Source: Antedon mediterranea
Lineage: Eukaryota > Animalia > Echinodermata
Reading direction: 5' to 3'
NCBI RefSeq assembly: GCF_964355755.1
Contig: NC_092672.1
Coordinates: 32,804,437 to 32,868,436, forward strand
DNA: 64,000 nt
Part shown: positions 26,120 to 38,000 of the stretch, piece after piece
Layout: the number at the start of each line of letters is the position of its first letter
How positions within the stretch are numbered: the stretch's first letter is position 1
Notes under the pieces: model-generated
Told to the model about the DNA's origin: nothing
What the model saw: the letters and a program-made list of their open reading frames with translations, nothing else
Database searches by the model: none
Program-made: the position numbers and the translations under genes

Positions 26120-28948
26120 TAGTAGAGCAGTTAATGACATGAGCTGTGCATTTTATTACCAAAGCATGAAACTTGGCACAAAGTTTCTATAATGTATATA
26201 GATTCAAAATATCGGGGGGTGCCAAGTGTCCAACGTCCGGTATGGCGGCCATCTTGATTTCAAAATGGCCACCATAAAAACAAAAAATGTTCATATCTTG
26301 GCAACTATACACATTAGAGACTTAATTAATTCTGGTCTCAAATTGTTCACAAACTATATATTTCTATTTGCTCTAATAAAAAGTTTCGTCCAAAAATGAC
26401 CGGAAATGACGTTTCTTTCAGTTTGACCTTTGACCTCGTATATCTCTGTAACTACTGGTCATTTTCAATCGATTTTGGTGTCATTTTGTTCAGAATAAAT
26501 ACATTTATATTTGTAGTAATGAAAAATTTTCACATAAAATGACCGGAAATACAATTTATGACCTTTGACATTTAATTATTGATTTTTAATTATGTGAATA
26601 TACTGTATGTGGTTTTTGGTAGTCTTAAATTCACCTAAGTTTGAACTTTGACCTGATAGGCGTAATTATATTAAATGATTAATGGACTTAAATTGTATAT
26701 AGTACATAAAATTGGTAAACATTGTGCTTGGTGGTACCATTAGTTCAATGATGTTGGCACCTTCTTATTCGCTAAAAGTTTTAATAGTTTGACAGAGGAA
26801 ATAACATGTTATGGAATACCGTAAAACCTCGAAAAGGTGATAGTATGAGCTTCTTTTCGAGATGACTGTATTTGAATGTCAAATGAATAGTGTGATGATC
26901 GTGTTTATATCAATATATTATTAATGACCTTACAAAGAACCCTTTATATTTCAACAATCAAGCCTCAGTTATTCTACAATTTATTGTTTTCCAAGTGGTA
27001 GGCCTATTTTGATTGCATCTTCTTTTTGTAGGCCTATGCTTCCTCGGTAATATGGTCCTACCCCTCCTTCTTTGTCTGTAGATGGTTTTATACCCCATTC
27101 TTTGTCTGTGGATGGTCTTATACCCCCCTTCCTTGTCTGTGGATAGTCTTATACCCGCTTCTTTGTCTGTGGATGGTCTTATACCCGCTTCTTTGTCTGT
27201 GGATGGTCTTATATACCCCCCTTCTTTGTCTGTCGATGGTATTATACCCGCTTCTTTGTCTGTGGATGGTCTTACACCGCTTTCTTTGTATGTAGATGGT
27301 CTTACACCCCTTCTTTGTCTGTGGATGGTCTTACACCCCCTTCTTTGTCTGTGGATGGTCCTACACCCCCTTCTTTGTCTGTAGATGGCCTTACACCCCC
27401 TTTTTTGTGTGTGGATGGTCTTATACCCCCTTCTTTGTCTGTGGATGGTCTTATACACCCCCTTCTTTGTCTGTGGATGGTCTTACACCCCTTCTTTGTC
27501 TGTGGATAGTCTTATACCCCTTCTTTGTCTGTGGATAGTCTTATACCCCTTCTTTGTCTGTGGATGGTCTTATACCCTCTTCTTTGTCTGTGGATGGTCT
27601 TATACCCCCTTCTTTGTCTGTGGATGGTCTTACATCCCCTTCTTTGTCTGGACCAACTACTTTGATTGATTAAATCAGACATTGTTTCTTGTATGATTAG
27701 GAGACCAAGACCTTCAAAGTGAAAGTCCACAAGTGGATGCCGAAAAAGGTCTTGTACAGAACAGTATATTGTAGGTCCATGTCACTAATTTGAGAATTAC
27801 TTGAATAATTATATTGAGATGTCTTTTACGAATTGATTTGGTTCGGATTTTGCTAACAAATCAATGAGTAGAGAAAATCGAGGAAAAGGATTCAGATGGT
27901 TTACAGCAAAGGCCCATTACCATAAAAATGGAGTACATTTTTATAGATGCAACGAAAATGAACAAGAATTATCTGAGTTTCTGACTAATGAAAGTAGGTC
28001 TACTGCACAAATGCAGGATAAGTTTGTAGTAAGTACTTTGAAAGACGGTATTCTCTTAACTCATGAAAATGAAAACTTTCCGAACTTGTCTCATATGCAA
28101 CATCAAAGAGGCCAACGAAAGAATGCTACTTTACATCCAAAATATTTCCAAATGGCATCTAACAATTCAATTCAACTTTTATTTCAGACAATTGTCCATA
28201 TGGTATAATACATTGCAAAAAAAAAAGATGATGGAGAGAGGACCAAAACTTTTATCTAACGATTGACACATCACAGTTTAGCAAACAAGTCGGCATAGAT
28301 GAGCTCAGTGATTGCTGTTTCTCAGTGATCTGTCATACTTTACGCCTATCCTATCACATCAAAAGTCAAAAATTCAGAATAATAATTCCTGGTCATTTTT
28401 GCAGTGTCATTTATTTCGTAAAAAAAAATTTGGTGCATTTATACCAATGTAAACCACATACAGTATGTTCACATATTATATATGTCAAAGGTTATAAATT
28501 GTATCTCCAGTCATTTTATGTGAAAATGTTTCATTACTACAAACATAAATGTCTCTATTCTGAACAAAATGACACCAAAATCGATTGAAAATGATCAGTA
28601 GTTAACTTACTGAGATATACAGATAAGAGGTCAAAGGTCAAACTGGGAGAAACGTCATTTCCGTCATTTTTTGACGAAACTTTTCATTAGAGCAAATAGA
28701 AATATGTGGTTTGTGAACAATTTAACACCAGAATCAAGTCTCTACTGTTTATAGTTGCCAAGATATGAACACTTTTTGTTTTTATGGTGGCCATTTTGAA
28801 ATCAAGATGGCCGCCATACCGGACGTTGGACACTTGGCACCCCTCGATATTTTTAATCTATATACATCAAAGAAACTTTGTGGCAAGTTTCATGCTTTGG
28901 TAATAAAGTGCACAACTTGGCAATTTTATGGCACTAACTGCTCTACTA
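26120..28948. mobile_element. Second non-autonomous Academ-type DNA transposon with decayed transposase remnants
   Basis: Termini TAGTAGAGCAGTTA...TAACTGCTCTACTA with 4-bp TSD TACC (26116-26119, 28949-28952) and ~490-bp TIRs. Internal peptides NENEQELSEFL and CNIKEANERMLLY resemble the ENKxEL and HEEADxR motifs of the XPG-like region. Confidence 0.85.
27050..27651 (+). repeat. ~30-bp minisatellite within the Academ-type element
   Basis: About 20 copies of ccccttctttgtctgtggatggtcttata. Confidence 0.95.
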
Positions 28949-29473
28949 TACCTGGCTAAAGCGTGATTATAGCGTGTTCACTGGAAAAAACTTTTTGGAA
29001 AGACTCGCCTATTTTGGATGAGTTTAGCGCCCTCAAGTTGACGTATTTTTGAAAAATTCTACGTATTTTCGACCTCCTGATGTTCTTCACCAACCCACTT
29101 TGATTCTGATCTGAAGAACAGTTTAATTGTTATAATAATAATAATTTATTTGGAGATTACACTTTTACAACAGTGGCACTCGACCAAATGGAAGAGAAAT
29201 ATACAAAAAAAAAACATGATATAGAAAATAACAATTACAATAAAAAGTCGACGTAGGTCAACATGTCAAAACAATTCAACTACAGTAACTACAATACCAT
29301 TGAACTGACACCTAAAAATACAAAATTACAAGAAATAAACATATAGAATAGGTAGGAACTGTACAATATAAAATGAATTGGGCAACAACAATGTAGACCT
29401 AACACTATAATGAGATAGATATCAATCATTTAGTGAGATAGATATCAATCATTTAGTTTGATTGATATGAACA

Positions 29474-32400
29474 TTACTCGCCTAGAACAATACATCTGTG
29501 TGCCCAAGCTCTTTTAACATAGTGCTTACAGTAACAATCAAAGATATTTGATATGGAATCGACGTCATACATATAATGATAGTAGTTATCAGTTCCACCT
29601 AATACAAGATTTAATTTGGTGTTCAGGTCACCAGAGATAAAATTTTCCCATACATCTAAATGATTGATATCGATTAACATATATTCTAATTTGGTATATT
29701 CTTCAATCCTTATGCCATTGAGTTGGTTACATGTGAATAGAAAATGTTGAATGTCTTCTAAACCATTCTTACACATTTTACAGATACCATCATATTCAGG
29801 AAGCCACTTACAACTCCTGTGACCTAAAGGAAGGGTGTTAGAACGTAGTTTGAATTTGAGGCTAGATCCTAGAAAGTCTGTACAATCCAATAAATATTTT
29901 TCAAGGCACGGATTAGACTTAATAAGAGAGTATGTCTGAAGTGACGATTTTCTTAGCATTTCACTTTTCCAAAATGCAATGTTTGTGTCATGCATCAACT
30001 CTTTAAATCTCTTAACCCAATGACTATCAGGGTCATTGCCAAGGTAAGAAGTTTCGAAAATTGAGTCAATGTCCATATTAATAGACGCACACGTCTTAGC
30101 AAAACTGGGAATCAGTTTATAGCGTGGTTCTACATTTGTAGTTGAACTTAGACACGTATTAAGCATAAAGTTAGGCCAACGGTGTTTATCCATGTTCATT
30201 ACATAATTAATAAATTTGGCTCTAGATATATCTTGAATAACTTTAATTGGAACCCACCCTAAATCCCCATACAAGGCCTCTTTAGGTGTATTTCTACTAG
30301 CTTTTAAGATGTACCGCGCCATTTGTAATTGAAGTGACTCAATTTTATCAATATCTTTCCTGCTTTGGCTAACCCACACTGAACAAGCATAATTTATTGT
30401 AGGAAGAGCAATTGTTTTCCATAGAATGTCACCATAGAAAATTCTACTAAAATTATCAAATCGGTCTATAATTGACTTAATATAAGCAATGACTCTATTG
30501 CCTTTATTGATGATTTGGTCGATGTGAAAATGATCTGAAATATTTCTTGATATGTAAGTACCAAGATATTTATAGGTTTCAACCTCAGAAATGTATTGAT
30601 CGCCCAATTTCCACATTTTATTGTTTATGCGCTGTCCAACAATAAGGACCTTCGACTTTTCATGATTAAAATTTAATTTCCTTGACTTTGCAAATTTAGA
30701 TGCTAGATTGAGCATCTCACTCAGATCATTTTCATTGTTTGCCATAAGTACAACGTCGTCTGCCCAAAAAAGGCTACCCATGCATACATTATAAATACGA
30801 ACACCTAGATCATGTTTTTTGAGTAATTTGGTAAACTCGTGCATAAGAATACAAAACAAAGTCGGTGATAAAACACATCCCTGTTTAACTCCTCCATCAA
30901 TATTAAAGAATTTATTGTCTATTTTACCAAATCTTACTTTACCTTGCACATCGTGATATAAACTTTCGATTAATTTCCATATCCTACCTCTAATCCCAAT
31001 ATTCCATGCTGCCATTAGCATTCCTTCCCTCCAAACCGTATCGAATGCTTTTTTAAAATCTAAAAAAGCCATGAAGGTTTTTTTCCCTTCAAGCAGACGA
31101 CAGGAAGCTATGCTTTTGAGGGTAAATATGTGATCCTCACATCGTCGCGAAGGTCTAAACCCTCCCTGTACTTCTGACAACACATTTTTATCTTCCAGAA
31201 AGTCAGAAATATTGTTTGAAATGATTCGGTTAAATATTTTCGAGATACATGGAGTAAGGGAAATTCCCCTGTAGTTATTAAGATCCCTGCGGGCCCCCTT
31301 TTTATGAACGGGTACAATAATACTTTTATTCCAGTCATTTGGAACTTTTTCTAAAGCAATTATTCTATTAAATAAAGAAAGGATTGACATATTCAAACAT
31401 TGACCACCATTTTTTAAAATTTCATTAGTGATCGTGTCAATTCCATGTGATTTATTGTTCTTTGACCTTAAAATTGCGGTTTCAACAATATCTAAATTCA
31501 ATTCAACATCTGAGAGAAATTCATCATTGTCGTTGTGGGCATTTTTTGTGGTTCTAATGTTATTAATAAAGGTATTAATTTGTTTAGTTCGTTCATCAAT
31601 TTCGGCCAAATTAGTTTTACCTAATGTTTGCCAGTAATCAAGGGCTATTTGGTTCATTTCCTTTTCGTCGGAGACTATTTCACTAGAATCTGGTCTTTTG
31701 ATACAACTAACAGGCTGGTTACGATTACTGCCTTTTAACAGTTTCCAAAAATCGCTACAGTTACGTCCACCTTTGTTTGCCAATTCAATAGACTTATTCA
31801 CACGCATTTCAGTTATTTTAGTTTTAATCAGTTTTTTAGCATAAGACCGTTTCTCTTGGTAAGATTTCCATAAATCATCACCATTCTTATTGGGGTCGAG
31901 ACCCTTAGCCCATCTACGATGGACGCGATGCTTCCCTTCTATCTTTAATAGCCGCATCGACATTTTCATCAAACCAAGAGTTGCATTTAATGTTAACATT
32001 ATTTTTCTTAATTCCTATACCCTTTGTCGCGGCCAATATAAGGTTATTTTTCCATGAATCCCAAAGACAATTAACATCATTAAAGGAATCTGCATCCCAT
32101 TCGCTAAACAATATCTGAATGTGTTGCTTAAACAAAGAAAAATCTTGATTCCTTTGGATATTCCAACATATTATGCTATTTTGATAATTAATATTTTTAT
32201 GATAGATATTATTAATATATAATTTAAGGAGAAGGACATTGTGGTCACTCCCAAGACCCATCACCCTGTCGTCATCAATAATAAATTCATTTACACAATT
32301 GAGTACACTATTAGAGCATAACATGTAATCAATTGTACTTTGCAAGTTATTCCTGAACCATGTAAATTTCCCCGTACAATGATCACTACAATTTAAAATA

Positions 32401-33228
32401 GCTAAGTTTGTCACGAAAATTCAATAGCCGTACACCATTAGAGTTTAAAACAGGATCACCATTGGATATTTCCCCACCGATTCTGGCATTCATATCCGAC
32501 ATCACAATAATTTTGGGATCAGTATTATCATCTTCAATACGTAAAATTTCAGCGAGAAGCTGGTTGTATAATTCGTCAGTCAGATTACTGTCAGAACCTT
32601 CAACAGGGAAATATGCAACAGCAACGAATAACGTTTCGTTTTGGTTACCATTATAGCATAATTTTAACCAAAACCTTTCGTAAACATCAGACATTGAATT
32701 AAAAACATCATCATCAAGAACAGTTATACAATCAGAGATGAATGCACCAATACCACCACCTCCTTTAATTTTCATACTTTTACCAATCCAACGAAATCCG
32801 TTGACATAATCAATATTTACATTTCCCTTTAGAAATGTTTCTGCCATGCCAAAAACATGTATATTACAATCGTGTAAAAACTTTGAAATTTCATGCAATT
32901 TAGGACGCAGTCTATTAACATTATTAAACGCAATATTTATGCTTACATTTTAATCGCATGATACTTTGCACCTTGGCCTATTGCCATGTCCGCGTCTGTG
33001 ACGTTTAAATTTAGTGTTTGCAACAGAATTGTGTTGAGTTGGTAAATCAGTAGTAATAGTTTCATATTCGTTATCTAAACTTGTAGACCTAGCAGTATAA
33101 TTAATATCTTTGACAAAATTAAGATCTTTTGAAAATTTAGGGCTTAAATACAGTAGTTGGTTAAGCTTACATTGTTGTTGGCTGAATCCTATCTTTGACG
33201 CAAGTCTTGGTAGGTGTTTCGCCTCCAT
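29474..33228 (-). pseudogene. LINE ORF2: APE endonuclease + reverse transcriptase + C-terminal CCHC finger, disrupted
   Basis: AFNNVNRL, GMAETF, DMNARIG, TIDY and SDHN (APE); NYRGISL, FLDFKKAFDTV, GVKQGCVLSPTLF, WADD and YKYLG (RT); CKMC...EDIQHFLFTC. One in-frame TAA (32950-32952) and frameshifts near 32410 and 31920-31990. Confidence 0.92.
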
Positions 33229-34874
33229 CCGTGTTGGCTATGCGAATTGTCAAATGTCATCTGACTCAGATTTCGTTGGCTACTAAGCGAATTATCTAAT
33301 GTCATTTGGCACAAAAAAGGTCGCGAACCATTGAAGGCTTTATGTCCGAATTCATGACAATCATTACATCTCACTGGATTATGATGGTGGCAGTCATTAG
33401 TTTCGTGGTTTTGTAGGCCGCATTTTTGGCATCTAGAGTGCCGAGTGATAAGCGGAGGTTGATACTGCCATCTTCTAGAGGTGCTTCCTAGTGAATGTTG
33501 TTTAATTGGCGATGGAGCGTGTGGTGCTGGATGTCTATTGTGGTTGCTACTGTTCTTCCTCTGTCTACGTTCGTTCCGTTTGACAATTGTGTGCACGGCG
33601 TTGATATTCCTTAAAAGTTGTCGTGTGCCGAGTTTATTAAGATGAAGTCCTCCAGAGTTCAGCAGAGAGGTCTCTGCAATGCCATTATTCATGAAGTTCT
33701 TATCGTGATCAACCAGAGCACACCCTTTGAGAACGGCTATATCACGTATGAAAGAGTTCATTCTCGCAATTCGTTCTTGGTGGCAAATGTTATCACTCCT
33801 TGGACATACACTTGACAAAACGATTTTGGTATCAGGAGAACGTTTATGGATGCTTTCTATTAAATCACATAGATCCTTCTCTGCTGCTTGCTGTTTAAGG
33901 TCTGTGGTGCAACTGTTAGTTCCAACATGAGTTATGATGGTCTTGTATTCACGTACGTCAAGGTTGACAATGGTTTCATAGACTTTATGTATTTCTGCAC
34001 CCCGTAAACATTGTATTTTGGTGCGTGAGAGGCCATTCTCATTCAGGTCCCGTATCATTGAATCGCCAATAACTGTCAAATAAGTGTCAAATTTAGTTTG
34101 ATGAGAGTTACTGCTAGTTGAATAGGTAGTATCGCTATGTTGTGCGGTTGGTGCAGGCGTAGATGTGATCTTAGCAACGCTGTTTTTTACTAAATCATCG
34201 ATAAGTGATTTCTGCGCTACGATCATCGATTTCAATTCCTTATTTTCTTCCGACAGATTTAAGATAGTTTCTTTAAGTTGGAGAACCATACTTGGTATTT
34301 CTTTGCATGAGTTACATTGCCAAAAACTAGGTCTCGCAGATGACTTCAATTCAACGCAGATACGGTGAAATTGAGTAGAGCATAGAGTACAGGCTATGGC
34401 TTTACCCTTTTCCTGGTGTAGAAATTTACACTCTTTAATGCAGGTTATCTTAGCTGCTGTAACGTTAGATTTATTCCGAGTGATTGATTTTTGGCTTTGA
34501 CTGGATAATGTAGACTTGGGCGTCGTTGATTTTGATTATTTAGGTGACGATTTTGGCGTAGACGGTTTAGGTAGATTCGTAGGGATAGACCTACCCTCGT
34601 GTCTTATTCTTTGCACCGAATCAAGAATACTTTGCGAAATTGATATAGATTGAGCCTCCTCTAGATCACTAATACGAGATTGCTTGAACTTGTTTAATTT
34701 GTTATGGACAGCTAAAGCATGATTCGTAATTTCTGTTTTATCGAAATAAGACGGGTCAGGCAAGATAGTAGATATTAATTCACAGATCTGGCTGACATCA
34801 ATTATGTTTGTAGAACAGAGAGCCGTAACTGTTTCAGCGCCCTCTAAATATCCCTTGACGAATTTCTTTGACAA
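33189..34874 (-). pseudogene. LINE ORF1: PHD finger + coiled coil + SGNH esterase + two Cys/His knuckles, with one premature stop
   Basis: ORFs 34536-34874 and 33189-34349 share a frame, separated by a TAA. The gap encodes CIKEC...CTLCSTQFHRIC, continuing to WQCNSC (PHD). Esterase motifs IGDS, HVGTN, GLHLN. Knuckles CQKCGLQNH...C and CNDCHEFGH. Confidence 0.88.
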
Positions 34875-35033
34875 GTTTTGTAGTCTGGATGGTGGCGCTT
34901 TAAGACAATCCTAGATCGCATAAGTAGAGAGAAGTAAGAACGAACTAAACGAACGCTGCAGAAATTATCTCTTTTGCAACAAAAACAGATTTACAAAAAC
35001 ACAGATCAGTACAATTTATCAAATTATTGCAAT

Positions 35034-38000
35034 ATGGATGCTGTTGTCGCCACACTTACAAGAATACCATTGAAGGTAAGAATGTTCCTGTATCTTGTTT
35101 AAAAGCATTTACCAAATGCATCACCAAGCAACTGGAGGCCTGTAATTGTGAACCCACTACCGGGGTAACCATGTCTTAAAAGCGAATGAACAGACCATAT
35201 TTATGCATGATGCATTATTGACAATACTGGCCCACTAACTACGAAATTGCACATACAAAACTGTGTTTATAATAGCTAGTTAGACAAATTGCGTCCATTA
35301 AATTCAGGGCCGTAGCCAGGATCTGTCAAGGGGGGGTTCGGACACTAAATATTTGGGTCAACCCCCCCCCCCCCCTCAATATCATGTTACATGCAGGGAC
35401 CAAACCAGGGGTGGCACCAGGATCTTCCCGACGCGGGTGCTACATTCCCCGACGAGGGGGCTATGCGAGCGAAGCGAGCATCACTAGGCTGGGGGCCAGG
35501 GGCCGCCAAGGGCCCCCGGTGGGGGTCGAGGGGGGGGGGGGGTGAAGCCCCCGGAAGCAACGCGTTCTAGCGTCATTTGAGGTCATTTTAATCAGATTTA
35601 GGGTAGCCATTTTTTTCCATTTTTTATAATGCATAAGGCCTAAATAAAATACTGCGTGCAAAAAAACGATGCGCGATGACTGTTTCAATCCATATTTTTC
35701 AATTTAAAAACATAAAAGTTGAAAGAAAATTTAGAAAAATAGAGTTGGAGGTCCCGGAAATTGGACTTATTATACTTCAAAACATGAAACAAAATAAAAA
35801 AGTCCCTATCATGGTTGTGACTGAGCTAAGAAATGTTTGAAAAATAGAGATGTTAGGTCCCGGAAAATGCACTTCTTGTACTTCGAAATATGACCAGCTT
35901 TATTGTTGGGGCTGAGCTAAGAAAATGTTTAAAACTAGAGGCTGCATGTCTTCAAAAAATTGCATTTTATACTTTGGAAACATCAGGCCTAGAGGCTTAA
36001 AAAACGCAAGCGTAGACCTTTTTCAGTCGGGGAAATAAGTTTATTCCTCCCAAGTGTATGAGTGCGTACCATCTGGACCTCCGAGTGGTGAGAAATTCAT
36101 GACATACAGGACATTGTAATAACTTAGCTAAAATAAGATGTTGGCTAAGCGAAAATGGCATGTTATGGATGAAAAATTTATTTTAGGTGCCCCACGGTAC
36201 TGTATATTATATTCCCCGACAAAAGTACCCGTGTTCCCTTTTAGAAATTTACAGACACGTATCACTAGTTGACGCTCATACAGAGAAGAAGGTTCACGAA
36301 CAAGTTTACGAATTTTTCAATTTACAAACAACTTTTTGTACTGTGGGGCACGTATTTGGAGGATTTTTGGAGATGAGGGTGAGGTATTTGGCATGTCGGG
36401 GATGGGGGTTCGCAGTTGGTTAAGGGGGGTTCGCTGTAAAGGGGGGGTTCGCCCGAACCATAAAAACCCCCCCTGGCTACGGGCCTGAAATTAAATCCTG
36501 ATTCTCAACTTGACGTATCCTTCGTCCTCAAGCCTGGTGGTACCTAACTAAGAAAAGAAAGTATTTAAGGTAAAAACTTTCCAATATTTTAATACTAAAA
36601 TGTTATTGCAGTATTTAATAGTATAATATTTTTTTTAGTAATTTTGATTGAACAATAGCAGAAGTGTGTAATGTCATTACATGTAACAGTTCATTAACCA
36701 AAATACTACTTCATGTACTTGGTTGTTCCATCTAATGAATTCACCCCCTTGGGGTTGTAATTGTGAGGCACACATATTATAGTTCATTTCATTATTACCC
36801 TACCTAATAACTAATTGTATTAGGTGAATAGAATTGAAGCTTGTAAAATCAGAACCAGTTAATTTGAGGATCTATTGACAATAATATAAAATAATAATAA
36901 AATAATAATAATAATTTATTATTATAGGATCAATTGCATGTTACAGGTTTACAGGCGTTTTCGACTTTTCACCTGTTAATCTCTCTGAAAACACACAGAA
37001 CCGGAAAATAAGATAGAGGGTGGTATACTGTATTATGACTAATGCTTACCTGGTTTGCCGCAAAATTGTGAAACTATTTTAATGAGTATTTGTTTGGTTT
37101 TGAAGACCAACATTTGTCAAATTTGTTTTTTAATCTATTTATGGACTGAGCATTGACAAACAATTCCATTCATTAATTGGTATTAATTAAAAAAAAATGT
37201 CCTTGCTCTGGTTTATAGATTTTGAATTTGTGTCCCCTAGTAGATTTATTGAGTTTAAACAAGCTGTTGTTTGCATAGTGTTATAGCATTGAAGGTAAAA
37301 AAAACTCAATTTCTCTGAGGTTCTTTTAAAATAATGTTAGCCACTTCACGATAGTGTTTGCTTTTAATTTTAAATTTAAAGCGCTGGCTACACTATCATA
37401 CTTTATGTGACAAAAAATGTGATGTGCCCATATATGTACAGGATTATGTCATATAACTACCAAATTTGGGCACAGCACACTTTTCAATAGTGTGGACAGA
37501 GCTTAAAACATTAATACTGTACAATAATTTGGATAATTATTGGAGACATTTTAAAGCAATTCATTAGTGTAAATAGTCAGTCATAGTAAACAACATTGCA
37601 ATCACTGTATCAATTAAGAATTATCTTTGATAATTACATAGATAAAAATTGGAATTGACAATTAACCAATGAAAACCCCTTGTATACTTGGCCTCCATTA
37701 TCTGCATTTACCACAATATCAATTAGTGTTGCTATCATCGTTTGCATTTAAAATTAAAACATAAAGTAATGAGAATATTGAATACGTCAGTGATAAAGCA
37801 TGTTTGATTACATTTCCAGTTTAATGAACTTTGACCTTCAATTAAATGGTGCATTTCAATTATTTAGTTATTTACATCAGCTTCTTACATATTGAATTAT
37901 GATGACTCATCCATGAAAAACGGAAACTCTCCCAAAACCAGAGTTTTCTTTTTCTTGATGCCCAAATGGCTTAAAATTATTTAAAGACATTCTAAATCAG

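Larger units (their letters stand above)
29131..35000 (-). mobile_element. Near-full-length, recently decayed non-LTR retrotransposon (RTE group, RTEX-like)
   Basis: Two ORFs (listed separately), then a 3' UTR ending in AATAAA plus a (TTA)n tail at ~29131-29150. The 5' boundary is approximate and no TSD was identified. Confidence 0.88.

Noticed and set aside
26958-27730. Several repetitive ORFs (KTIHRQRRG, PSTDKE)
   Set aside because: Artefacts of a 30-bp minisatellite that is open in several frames on both strands, with frequent frameshifts.
36514-36575. GTATCCTTC as a second U12 donor, or aag|gtaaaa as the AGTRAP first exon
   Set aside because: No open upstream exon in the required phase (in-frame TAA) and no matching branch site.
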